Origin: an uncultured Planctomycetaceae bacterium
GTDB taxonomy: Bacteria; Planctomycetota; Planctomycetia; Pirellulales; PALSA-1355
Length of the DNA: 64,000 nucleotides
Assembly: GCA_963793635.1 (NCBI GenBank)
Contig: CAWCAX010000006.1
Location: forward strand, 597,802-661,801
Direction: 5' to 3'
The notes under the pieces are model-generated. The model saw only the letters and a list, made by a program, of their open reading frames with translations. It was not told the origin of the DNA and did not search any database. A program made the translations under genes and the position numbers. Below, piece after piece: positions 50,005 through 60,091 of this stretch; positions within the stretch are counted from its first letter, which is position 1, and each line of letters opens with the position of its first letter.

Positions 50005-51258
50005 TTACCGCCGGCCAAAAATACCGGTCGCGTACCAGATGCCGTTGCGGCCGCGTTTGATGTCGAAGCCGAACAGCGGATGCCGGGAACGGACCGCGTT
50101 CCAATGGCCGGGCGATTGCCGCCAGCTATCCACGCAATCGACGCAGGCATCGACCAGGCTTTCGTTGGGCCAGCTTTCGGCGACCACCTCCTGGGCCGTC
50201 GCGCCGCCCGGCAGCCGCGCGTTGATCCGGTGGAAGCGATTCTCCCAGTTCTGGTGCCCCTGGACCAGAATCTTGGCTTGATAGTCGGACTGCAGCTTGG
50301 CCTCTTCCGCCAGCACGTGGTTGAAATTGCCTTGCGTGCTGGCCGGCGCCTCCGGATGCGTGCGCACCGCGTAGATCATCGTCCGCTGCGTGAGCGTGCC
50401 GGGGGGGAGCGAAAGAATGATTTCCAACGCCGGCCCGCGGTAATATTTGCCCCGCGTGAAGGGAAATGTGCTCACGACGTATCGGTAATAGCTGGCTTTT
50501 CGATGGGCCAGGTCGATGATCGCGATCCCTGAACGCCCTTGCATCTCAGCGAACGCCGGATGCCGCAAGAGCGGGGTCAAACGCCCCTGGAAATCGGTTG
50601 CCGCATCGACCGGCAGGCGGAGCAACACGAACTCGACCAGCCGGGCCTTGATTTCGGGCTTGGCGAGGGTTTTTTGCTCAAACGACCGGCGGGCCGCGGT
50701 CGATTGAACGTCGTGAAAATAAATGAGCAGCATCCGGCCGTCTTCCGCAGCCTCTTGCCAGGCCTCTTGATAATCCTCGTGCCAGTCCAGTTCCGGCTCC
50801 GGAATCGGTTTACTAGCCGGGTCCGGCCGTGGGCCGGAATCCGCGTCCGTCGAGTTGGCCTCTTCGCCGCCGGCAACGAAGGTAGTTGCCGACGGTTCCA
50901 GGACTTCGACCAGTTGATCCAGGTCCGGAGCTATCGGTGTCGGTTGGCTGGCGACGGCCTCGTCCGGCGGAACTTCCGCGGCCGGCACGGCGGCAAGGAC
51001 CTCGCTTTTCGCGACGGGCTCCCGCGGAATCGTGGCGGATTCGGACTCGATCGGGGACTGAATTTGGGCCGCTACCGTCTCCGCACCGGTTTCGGACCCA
51101 GTTTTGGATGCTGCCGCCACGAATTGTTCGCGGTCGCCTAAGGTCGCCGGCCGGACCTGGGGCATCGTGGCCCGTCGCTTTTCGAGCATGCCCACTCCGA
51201 CCGTTAAGAGCAGCCCGAGGCCGCCGGCAAGGGAGATCCAGCCAATTCGATACATCAT
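50005..51258 (-). CDS. Membrane-anchored protein with thioredoxin-like and CAP/SCP-like domains
   Basis: N-terminal TM, acidic linker, W..DY..A...A....RMLLIYF, C-terminal EVVAESW...V.SW.QSPGH. Confidence 0.72.
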   Translation of the reverse strand: MMYRIGWISLAGGLGLLLTVGVGMLEKRRATMPQVRPATLGDREQFVAAASKTGSETGAETVAAQIQSPIESESATIPREPVAKSEVLAAVPAAEVPPDEAVASQPTPIAPDLDQLVEVLEPSATTFVAGGEEANSTDADSGPRPDPASKPIPEPELDWHEDYQEAWQEAAEDGRMLLIYFHDVQSTAARRSFEQKTLAKPEIKARLVEFVLLRLPVDAATDFQGRLTPLLRHPAFAEMQGRSGIAIIDLAHRKASYYRYVVSTFPFTRGKYYRGPALEIILSLPPGTLTQRTMIYAVRTHPEAPASTQGNFNHVLAEEAKLQSDYQAKILVQGHQNWENRFHRINARLPGGATAQEVVAESWPNESLVDACVDCVDSWRQSPGHWNAVRSRHPLFGFDIKRGRNGIWYATGIFGRR

Positions 51259-51686
51259 TTACCAAGCTCCGTGAATCTGTCCGTACTACCAACCGGCCCA
51301 CCCTGGGCCGCTAGTCAACGCTTCGCTGCGCACCGCACGTCCGTTTCCGCCAAATTGGCCAGGTCCTGCGGCCGGTGAACCGGTTTGTAGGTCGGGGCCG
51401 CGCTGCTGGGCGACCCTTGGGCCCGATCCAGACTCTATGGTGGCAAGCTAGCAGGTCGATTGCAACCATCCGTCTAGGATGACTGGGATGAATTTTCTGC
51501 TTAAGCAAATTGGGATGACGGCCGCCGGAATCGGGTTCTTTTTTATCGGACCAGCGACTATGCTGCAAATGACTGTAGCGCTGGCGGTTCGTATAGCCTC
51601 AGCAGGCCGGTTTATGCTATTAAAGGGGCGAGTTTTCCTTGTCCCGCCGGTTTTCTTCGTCCCACAAAAACCCTGAGGTCTCAGTG

Positions 51687-53819
51687 ATGCAATGCGTTCG
51701 TTATCTCCTGGCCGCAGTGGTGTTTGCGCTAGCTGCAAATCTTTGTTCCGCTGCCGACGCTAACCCCAAGGCGGAATCCCAAGTAGCGCTTCAGCAACTC
51801 GAATCCTGGCTGGGGACCGGCGCAAACGGTGCCCGGTGGAGCAATTATCTGAATCTCGAAGTGCTGCATCACGAACTCGACCGGAGCGACCCGGCGGACG
51901 CTGCCGCCCTTAGCGCGGTGCTGGCCAAATTGAAGGGCGAGGCCAAAGGGCTTGAGCGCCCCCGGTTCCAGCGTTTGCAAAGGGCCTTGGCTGACTGGGT
52001 GCAGGACCTGAGCCTGCCGGCCCCCGAAGCCCTGGGCGATGCCCTCAAGAATGCCGCTTCGCAGTTTCACTCCATCAGCCCGGGCGATCTGGATCAGTCG
52101 CGGGATGATCTTGGGCGAGATGTCGTCGTGCTCTCTGCCTACCTGAAGACCATGGGCACCATCGGCCCGGGCTGGCAGAAATACTTGCGCTTGTCGGATC
52201 TCCAGCCCCAGCTCAAGCCAGGCGTGGCCCCGGACCGTGAACTGTTGGCTAATGTTGCCGCACGTTTCGGCGCGGACAAGCCGGGACTCGAAATCGCTCA
52301 AATCCGGGCGGTGGGCGACGCGCTCACGAATTATCTCCAACTGCTGGAGGCCGCGGCTTCTCCCGACCTGGAAAAACAGTACGAGACCGAAGTCGGAGGG
52401 TTGGCCGAATGGCTCGGCAAGAACTCCCAGGATCCGAGTGAAGAAGCCGTTGCCGAGATCAACCGGCGACTGGCGTGGCTCAATCGGATGCACCAGGCTG
52501 GCAACCTGGTGCGCGCCGTCCGACGTACGTTTGACCGCCCGAACCTGTACGTGGCCGCAAAAACAGGGATCGTGGGAGCCGGTATCGAACGGACGCTGAA
52601 CGACGTGGCGCCGCTGCAGGATGACATCAACGGCACGCAAATCAGCGGCACTGGACGCACCGTCGGCCAACTGAAGGTCGAGTTGGTCCCGAATCCCGAC
52701 CACGCGGTCCTCGACATCATGCTGACCGGCACGACCTTCACCAACACGGTCGGCCTCAACGGGCCGGCAACCATCTACTCTCAGGGCACGACCCGCATCG
52801 GGGGTCGGAAGCGCGTGGTGATCGACGCCAACGGAATCCGCGGGCTGCCCTCGACGGCTGCGGCCGTGACCGCCACTCGGGTCACCGGCGTATCGGCTGG
52901 CCGGCCGGGCGGACTGATCAACGGCATCGCTCAGCAAAAAGTTGCCGAAGGCAAAGGCCCCGCCGAGCAGGTTGCGGCGCGGCATGCCGAGGCGCGGGTC
53001 CGCAACCGGCTGGACCAGGAAGCCGCACGGGACTTGGGACGCGCGAACGTCGATTTTCTGGAAAAGTTCCGCAATCCCCTGGTGCGCCAACGTCGTTTCC
53101 CGTCGATTTTCGATCTGAGCACCACCCAGGACCTGCTGCACGCGATCGTGCTGGAGGCCGACGCCAGTCAGTTGGGCGCGGCCGGCGTGCCGCCGGAACT
53201 GGATGAGATGGCCTACGACCTGTCGCTCCGGCTGCACGAATCGGCCGCCAATAATCTTGCCGCGATCCTGCTGTCGGGCGTCACGCTGCACGACGAGGAC
53301 GTGCGCAAGCAAATCGTTGAGATGCGCGGGTCATTGCCCGAGTCGCTCAAAGATCAGGAAGACCAGGAACCTTGGTCGATCACGTTCGAGAAATTCAGGC
53401 CGGTGAGCCTGTCGCTCCGCGACGGGGGCCTGGAGATCGTCATTCGCGGCCAGCGTTATACGACCGGCGAGAATGAGGCGAAGAAGTACGGGGCCATGTA
53501 TGTCACGGCCAAATACAAGACCGCGGCCGCCGACAAGGGCTACCGGTTGGTGCGGCAAGGAGATCTGGACATCAATCCGCCGGGCCAGGGACGCCAGTCG
53601 ACCGCGACGGTCGCTCTGAAAGCGATCTTACGGAAGAAATTTGCTAAGCTGTTTCCGGAGACCATCGAGTCCGAAGGGTTGGAACTTCCCGGAAAATGGA
53701 AGAAGGCCGGCAAGCTCAGGGCCGCGTTCGTCCAGATCGAGGGGGGCTGGGCCGCGGTGGGATACCGGCAGGCTCCCGTGGCGGACAGCGGCGCCAAGGT
53801 GGCCGCGGCCCATAAGTAG
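51687..53819 (+). CDS. Large secreted hypothetical protein
   Basis: 710-aa ORF with signal peptide and a repeated W..YL motif. Confidence 0.8.
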   Translation: MQCVRYLLAAVVFALAANLCSAADANPKAESQVALQQLESWLGTGANGARWSNYLNLEVLHHELDRSDPADAAALSAVLAKLKGEAKGLERPRFQRLQRALADWVQDLSLPAPEALGDALKNAASQFHSISPGDLDQSRDDLGRDVVVLSAYLKTMGTIGPGWQKYLRLSDLQPQLKPGVAPDRELLANVAARFGADKPGLEIAQIRAVGDALTNYLQLLEAAASPDLEKQYETEVGGLAEWLGKNSQDPSEEAVAEINRRLAWLNRMHQAGNLVRAVRRTFDRPNLYVAAKTGIVGAGIERTLNDVAPLQDDINGTQISGTGRTVGQLKVELVPNPDHAVLDIMLTGTTFTNTVGLNGPATIYSQGTTRIGGRKRVVIDANGIRGLPSTAAAVTATRVTGVSAGRPGGLINGIAQQKVAEGKGPAEQVAARHAEARVRNRLDQEAARDLGRANVDFLEKFRNPLVRQRRFPSIFDLSTTQDLLHAIVLEADASQLGAAGVPPELDEMAYDLSLRLHESAANNLAAILLSGVTLHDEDVRKQIVEMRGSLPESLKDQEDQEPWSITFEKFRPVSLSLRDGGLEIVIRGQRYTTGENEAKKYGAMYVTAKYKTAAADKGYRLVRQGDLDINPPGQGRQSTATVALKAILRKKFAKLFPETIESEGLELPGKWKKAGKLRAAFVQIEGGWAAVGYRQAPVADSGAKVAAAHK

Positions 53820-53832
53820 CAGGACAGGGATT

Positions 53833-54309
53833 ATGGACCGGTTCGTCGATGTGGCATTCGATTGCCTGCCGCTGCGCAGCGTGACCCGATTGGACGTTCC
53901 GATCGACGCCTCGCCCAAGTATCGCGCGCGATGCGAACGGATCAAGCAGGCCCTCGAAACGCACGGCTCGCATAATGCCTACTATCTCTACAACGCCGGC
54001 TGCAAGTTCCAACTGACGAACGATCCGGCCGTTGGGCGGCTGGAGTTTCAGTTCGAGGGCACCGTACTGACGGACCCCAGCGATCAGCACACGCAGGATT
54101 GCCAACTCACCGTCGAATTGGCCCGCGAGACGTGCGATTGGCTGACCGAGCCGATCGTGGCCTGGTTCCAGGAGACCGTCCGGCAGGCCGTGACGGTCGA
54201 ATTCAACCGCTACATTTCCGCTGGCGACCTGGCGCAAACCGTCAAGCGCATCGAGCAGATCCAAGCCCAGGTCGACCAATCCGGCGGCTTCGTCGGCATG
54301 TACCTGTAG
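53833..54309 (+). CDS. Hypothetical protein
   Basis: ATG 13 nt after the upstream stop; FDCLPLRSV.RLD.PIDASP...HN.YYL. Confidence 0.78.
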   Translation: MDRFVDVAFDCLPLRSVTRLDVPIDASPKYRARCERIKQALETHGSHNAYYLYNAGCKFQLTNDPAVGRLEFQFEGTVLTDPSDQHTQDCQLTVELARETCDWLTEPIVAWFQETVRQAVTVEFNRYISAGDLAQTVKRIEQIQAQVDQSGGFVGMYL

Positions 54310-54361
54310 CCCGCAACCCCGCCGCGCGAATATCCTCCTCGTGCCCTTCCTCGTTTTTCGG

Positions 54362-54432
54362 TTCGACTGAGCTCACCGAAGTCATCCTTCATCCTTCCGC
54401 TCGGCTGAGCTCGCCGCAAGCCGCCTTCATCC
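54362..54432. repeat. TTCATCC heptamer arm interrupted by two CTGAGCTC-core micro-hairpins
   Basis: Removing 54365-54383 and 54401-54424 regenerates ttcatccttcatccttccgccttc, identical to 14417-14440. Confidence 0.75.
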
Positions 54433-54434
54433 TT

Positions 54435-55175
54435 TCACACCACGTACAGCATGACGCCGGCAAAGTGGCAGGCGCTGGCCGCGATCACGATCAGATGCCA
54501 GACCACGTGATAATAGGGGTTGCGCACGTCCCGGATCAGAAACCAGGTGCCCAGCGTGTAGAGCAGTCCGCCGGCGATCATCCAGCCCAAGGCCGCGGCC
54601 GGAACGCGCTCCAGGATCGGCTTGATGGCCAACACGGGCAGCCAGCCCAGCAGGACGTAACCGGCCGTGGCCACATTGTCCAAGCCTTTGACCAGCAGTT
54701 TGAACAGCGCACCAAACAAAGCCAGCAGCCACATCGCCAAGAGCAGCGTCAGGCCCCACTCGTCGCGATAGTAGCACAGCCCCCAGGGTGTATAGGTCCC
54801 CGCGATCAGCAGGAAGATGCACATCTGATCCAAGGTCCGAAAAAAGTGCCGCAGTCGCGGACGATGGAACGCGTGCGACAGCGTCGACGCCGCGTAGACC
54901 GCCACCAACGTCGCCGCGTAGACTTCGCAGCCGACCAGCTTGGCCAGGTCGCTGTCGTGCCAGACAGCCCGCGTGAGCACCAAGGCCGCCGACACGGCCA
55001 GCAACAATCCCAGCGCATGGGATAAAAAATTCAGCCCTTCGCCCAGCGGGCGAAAGTTGCCCAGGTCGAAGGGCTCGGACGAAGAGGCGACGCCCATCAA
55101 TCGTCGAGCATGTGGTGTCTGATGCTTGGGGACTGGCGTAGGCAACGTCAAATCTTTCCCGACCTTTCGCGGCAA
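54435..55175 (-). CDS. Hemolysin III / PAQR family membrane protein
   Basis: E.LN.LSH, STL.H, LD...IFLLIAGTYTP, GG..YT.G, H..WH; start uncertain. Confidence 0.9.
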   Translation of the reverse strand: MPRKVGKDLTLPTPVPKHQTPHARRLMGVASSSEPFDLGNFRPLGEGLNFLSHALGLLLAVSAALVLTRAVWHDSDLAKLVGCEVYAATLVAVYAASTLSHAFHRPRLRHFFRTLDQMCIFLLIAGTYTPWGLCYYRDEWGLTLLLAMWLLALFGALFKLLVKGLDNVATAGYVLLGWLPVLAIKPILERVPAAALGWMIAGGLLYTLGTWFLIRDVRNPYYHVVWHLIVIAASACHFAGVMLYVV

Positions 55176-55397
55176 AAGCGCGTTTCAATGCGATCGCACA
55201 CCCGATCATTCTATGGGCGTCGGCAGCCTGGCAGTAGGTGGCCCGCGACGCGAAGGCACGATGGGCTTGGAAGCATTGGCCGAGCGGGCGTTTTAGCGGC
55301 CGCCGATTCGTCCGGCGCGGTTGAGAACCACCGGTAATTACTTTACAATTCGCGACTTCGAGCACCAAAGCGATTAGAACCCGGTGGAGAGATTTCC

Positions 55398-55859
55398 ATG
55401 GAACGCACACTCATTTTGCTCAAACCCGACTGCGTCCAGCGGCGATTGGCGGGGCGAATTCTGGCCCGATTCGAAGACAAGGGCTTCAACGTCGTGGCCC
55501 TGAAACTGATGCAGATCACACCCGATCTGGCCAAGCAGCACTATGCCGAGCACGTCCAAAAAGGTTGGTATCCGACACTCGAAAAGTTCATCACCGGCGG
55601 GCCGATCGTGGCGGCCATTGTCGAAGGATTGGAAGCCATTCGCGTGGTCCGCGACATGCTCGGCGCGACCAGCGGACTCAAAGCCGCGCCGGGAACGATC
55701 CGCGGCGACTTCAGCTCGAGCCGGCAAATGAACCTGGTCCACGCTTCCGACGGGCCGGAGGCCGCCCAGCGCGAGATCGGGCTGTATTTCAAACCCAACG
55801 AAATTCACAGCTATACGCCGTCGATCACTCCCTGGCTGCGTGCCGGCGACGAGACGTAA
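55398..55859 (+). CDS. ndk: Nucleoside-diphosphate kinase
   Basis: MERTLILLKPD, HYAEH, PGTIRGDF, NLVHASD. Confidence 0.97.
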   Translation: MERTLILLKPDCVQRRLAGRILARFEDKGFNVVALKLMQITPDLAKQHYAEHVQKGWYPTLEKFITGGPIVAAIVEGLEAIRVVRDMLGATSGLKAAPGTIRGDFSSSRQMNLVHASDGPEAAQREIGLYFKPNEIHSYTPSITPWLRAGDET

Positions 55860-55921
55860 GCGAGCTCAAATCGGTGGGGCGAGCAGGCAACGCGACGAAG
55901 ACAGGAGACGAAGGCAAGATA

Positions 55922-56071
55922 GCCACAAAAAACACAAAAAGGCACGAAAACTTAGGAACATAGAGGCACGAAAACTTAGGAAGAGAGTAGGAGCGAATCC
56001 TGCGCGCCGCTGCTCTTCGTGCCCTTCATTGCTCCCCGTAACTTTTTGTGCCTTTTCGTGCTTTTCGTGGC
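55922..56071. repeat. Inverted pair of 9-nt-periodic repeats (same family as 11880-12260)
   Basis: gccacaaaaaacacaaaaaggcacgaaaa ... tttttgtgccttttcgtgcttttcgtggc; internal direct repeat aggcacgaaaacttaggaa x2. Confidence 0.8.
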
Positions 56072-56127
56072 CATTGTCTTCTTTTGGCCGCTCTCCGTTC
56101 CCCTTCGCGGCCGATTTTAATGGCGCC

Positions 56128-57253
56128 TCATTTCTCCCCGGCCGGCACTTCGAATTGCTTGAACCCGGCCGACTCGTAGGTCATCAGCTGACCATCTTCG
56201 ATCCGCTGAATCATCACCTCTGCGCCCGGAGTCTTGGCCACCAGCGCCTCTCCTACCTCCGGTCCGAGCACGCTGACGGTCGTGTCGAGACTGTCGGCCG
56301 TAAAGCAGTCCCGGGCGACGATGGTGACACTTGAGCTGTCCGTCAATCCAAGCCCGGTGCGCGGGTCGACGATGTGCGAATAGCGCCGGCCGCCGATATC
56401 GACGTGCTGGAATGCGTCGCCCGAGGTGCTGATCGCCCGATTGGCCAACAGCACATAACGCGATGGAGGCGCGTCCGGTGCCAAGGGAGCAATCCCCACG
56501 ATCCAGCCCTGTCTATCCGGTGGCGGATCGCCGACGCGGATGTCGCCGCTGGCGTCGACCAGCGCCCTGTGGATGCCGTGCTCGGCCAGCACCGCCATCA
56601 CATCATCCACGGTGTAGCCCATGGCGATGCCTCCCAAATCGAGCACCATCCGGGGGCGCAGTGAGCATCGCCGTGTGCGCATCGAGATCCAGCTTCAGAT
56701 ATCGATACCCGACCGCGGCGGCCGCTTGGGCGAGCCGCTCGGCGGCGGGCAACTCGTGGCTCCGCCGCGCCCGGCGCCACAGCCGCACGTAGGGGCCCAC
56801 CGTGACATCGAACGCGCCGTCCGAGGCTGCGGCGAGTTGCTGCGAACGCTCCAGGACGCTCCAGAGCGGACCGCTGATCTCGACCGGTTTGGTCGTGGGC
56901 GAGGCCCGGCTCAAACGGCTCAGTTCGCTGTCGGGATCGTAATCGCTGAAGATTCGATTCAGCTTGTCCACGTGAGCGAAAGCCGCTTCGGCCGCCCGGT
57001 TTGCAGTGGCTTTGTCGGGAGCATAGAATACGAGTTTAAACTGGCATCCCATTTTGGTTTCAAGATACTCGTACCGATCGGCCCCGGCGGCCGGTGTGCC
57101 GTGAAGCGCAGGCGCAAGCGCCGTCAGGCAAACTATTGCGACAGCTCTCGCGGGAATCTTCGGGCGCCGTGAGGGCTGACAGCGTGAGGGCTGGCAGCGT
57201 GATGGCTGGCAAAGATGTCCCGCGGAGCCAGATTTTTCGTTCGTCCCTGGCAT
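56128..57253 (-). CDS. apbE: FAD:protein FMN transferase (frameshift ~56655)
   Basis: MG, S.YDPDSELSRL, GAFDVTVGP...LW, LDLGGIAMGY..D, ISTSGD, YSHIVDPRTG, AD.L.T. Confidence 0.92.
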
Positions 57254-57341
57254 AAAGTCGCACCTCGAGTGACCCCGCCCGGCTTGGGCGGCTGATGAAA
57301 ACCACGATTCTCGGCAAGCATTGCGTTTTGAAGGATCCTGC

Positions 57342-58426
57342 ATGTGTAGCGTAGTTCGAGTCCCCCGGCGGCTGCAACCGCGGGCCGTGTTGGCGGCCCT
57401 GCTGGTGGCGGGCTCCATTCTCACTTGGCGGCAGGCCCAAGGGGACGACGCGCAGCGCCGACCGATCCGGGCAAAGTGCAAAATGCGGCCGCCACGACCG
57501 AAGCCGAGATGAAGCCCTACACCGACGTCATCGGCAACACGGACGTCCTGTTCGACATGGTGCCGATTCCCGGCGGGAAGTTTGTGATGGGCAGCCCCGA
57601 CAGCGAGCCCGGCCACAAGTCCGACGAAGCGCCGCAGCACGAAGTCGAAATCGATCCTTTCTGGATGGGCAAGTGCGAGGTGACTTGGAACCAGTACGAA
57701 ATCTGGACTTTCAGCCTCGACATTCAACGCCGGCAAGTCAACAAGCTGGTGGCGAGCGACCTGGACAAGAACGCCGACGCCGTCACCAAGCCGACCAAGC
57801 CTTACACCGACATGACGTTCGGCATGGGCAAGGACGGCTATCCGGCCATTTGCATGACCCAGTTGGCCGCCAAGACTTACTGCAAGTGGCTCAGCCAGAA
57901 GACCGGCCGCTACTATCGCCTGCCGACCGAGGCCGAGTGGGAATACGCCTGCCGCGCCGGCACGAAAACCGCCTACTCCTTCGGCGACGATCCGGCAATG
58001 CTCGGCGAATATGCCTGGTATTTCGAGAACAGCAACGACGCGTATCACAAGGTCGGAATGAAAAAGCCCAATCCCTGGGGGCTGTACGACATGCACGGCA
58101 ACGTGGCCGAGTGGACGCTCGACCACTACACGCCGGACGGCTACAAAGAATTTGCCGGCAAGACGGTGAAAAATCCGCTGGTGATTCCCAAGACGGTCTA
58201 TCCGCATGCGGTGCGCGGCGGCTCGTGGTCGGACGATCCGGAGCTGTTGCGCAGCGCCGCGCGCGTCGGCTCGCACAAGGAATGGAAGCAACAAGACCCG
58301 CAAATTCCGCAAAGCATCTGGTACTTTACCGACGCGACGTTCCTCGGATTCCGCGTCGTGCGTCCGCTGCACGAGCCGTCGGCCGAGGAGAAGGCCAAGA
58401 TCTGGGAAGCCGGCGCGGATAAATGA
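57342..58426 (+). CDS. Formylglycine-generating-enzyme (SUMF1) fold protein, secreted (N-terminal frameshift)
   Basis: [54 protein letters not shown]; no FGE catalytic cysteine pair. Confidence 0.9.
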
Positions 58427-58550
58427 TCGAGCATGATAACCGTTTGTCCCGGATCGACATTTATCTTCGTTCCCGTTCTCACGCACCCAGTTGCTTGCTT
58501 CGGCCCGCCGCGTTTCGGCCAATCCTCCTTTTTACTCCGGAGATGCCGCG

Positions 58551-59876
58551 ATGAGTGACGAAACCCAAAACGACCGCCCGTCGCCCGGCTCGCGCCGCGA
58601 GTTTCTCAAACGTTCGACCACGGCGGTCGTTGCTGGCGCATTGGCCGGAAACTTATCGATCGCCCGCAGCGCTCATGCGGCCGGTGACGACCAGATCAAG
58701 ATCGCGCTGATCGGCTGCGGCGGCCGCGGAACCGGCGCCGCCAATCAGGCCCTGTCCACCACCGGCAACGTCAAGCTGGTGGCCATGGCCGACGCCTTTG
58801 GCGACCGGCTCGAAGGCAGCCTGTCTGCGCTGAAGAACGAAAAGGGAGATCGCGTCGACGTGCCGGACGATCGCAAGTTCGTCGGCTTCGACGCTTACCA
58901 GCAGGCCATCGATTCGGACGTCGACCTGGTCATCCTGGCCACGCCGCCGGGCTTCCGCCCAATTCATTTCGACTGCCGCGGTCAAGGCCGGCAAGCACGT
59001 GTTCATGGAAAAGCCCGTCGCCGTCGACGCGCCCGGCGTGCGGATGGTGCTGGCCGCCGCCGAAGAAGCGAAACAAAAAAAGCTGGCCGTCGGCGTCGGT
59101 TTGCAGCGGCACCATGAAAACAACTATCGCGAGACGATCCAGCGCTTGCAGGACGGCGCGATCGGCGACATGGTGTACGCCCGGGTCTATTGGAACGGCG
59201 CCGGCGTGTGGGTGAAACCGCGCGAGGCCAACCAGACCGAAATGGAATACCAGATGCGCAACTGGTATTACTTCAACTGGCTGTGCGGCGATCATATCAC
59301 CGAGCAGCACATCCATAACCTCGACGTGATCAATTGGCTCAAAGGCAAACCGCCGGTCCGGGCCAACGGCATGGGCGGACGTCAGGTGCGCACGGGCAAC
59401 GAATACGGCCAAATCTTCGATCACCACGCCGTCGAGTTCGAATACGACGACGGCTCGCGGATGATCAGCCAGTGCCGCCATATTCCGAATTGCTGGAGCT
59501 CGGTCTCCGAACATGTTCACGGCACCAAGGGCTACTGCGACATCGGCGGCGCTTTCATCAAGACCACGGTGCGCCCGATTGGCGCTACGACGGGCAGCGC
59601 AACAATGGCTACCAGACCGAGCACGACGATCTGTTTGCCAGCATCCGCGACGGCAGCCCGATCAACGAGGCGGAATACGGCGCCCACAGTTCGATGACTT
59701 CGATCCTGGGCCGGATGGCGACCTACGGCGGCAACGTCGTCGAGTGGAAGGACGCGATCGCCTCGCAAATCAACCTCGCGCCGCAGGAATACTCGTTTCA
59801 AGCCACGCCGCCGGTTACGCCCGACGGCAACGGATTTTATCCCGTCGCGGTGCCCGGCGTGACGCGTGTCGTATAA
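58551..59876 (+). CDS. Tat-exported Gfo/Idh/MocA oxidoreductase (two frameshifts)
   Basis: SRREFLK Tat motif, [29 protein letters not shown]. Confidence 0.9.
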
Positions 59877-60026
59877 TCTCGCCAGGCGGGCGCATTCGCT
59901 TTGCTCAAGTATGGGCACTCGTCGCGGGGGCCGGATTCGGAGCAGCGGTCCGGCAAGGCGGGCAGCATTTGACACCGGGGATAAGGGGATGCGGGGGATG
60001 ACGAAGCAGTTCAACGATGAAGGTTA

Positions 60027-60061
60027 AAAAAAGCACCACCGGCCGGAGCCGATGGTGCCTT
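60027..60061. terminator. Terminator between convergent genes
   Basis: aaaaaagcaccaccggc...gccgatggtgcctt. Confidence 0.6.
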
Positions 60062-60091
60062 CCGCCATCTCGATAATGATCTCAAGCGTTG

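Noticed and set aside
57342-58426. Diversity-generating retroelement target (FGE/CLec fold)
   Set aside because: No template repeat or reverse transcriptase is visible in the window.
56603-58522. 639-aa ORF suggesting a large ApbE fusion
   Set aside because: Its N-terminal ~420 aa are mostly antisense to the FGE gene; only the last part is ApbE.
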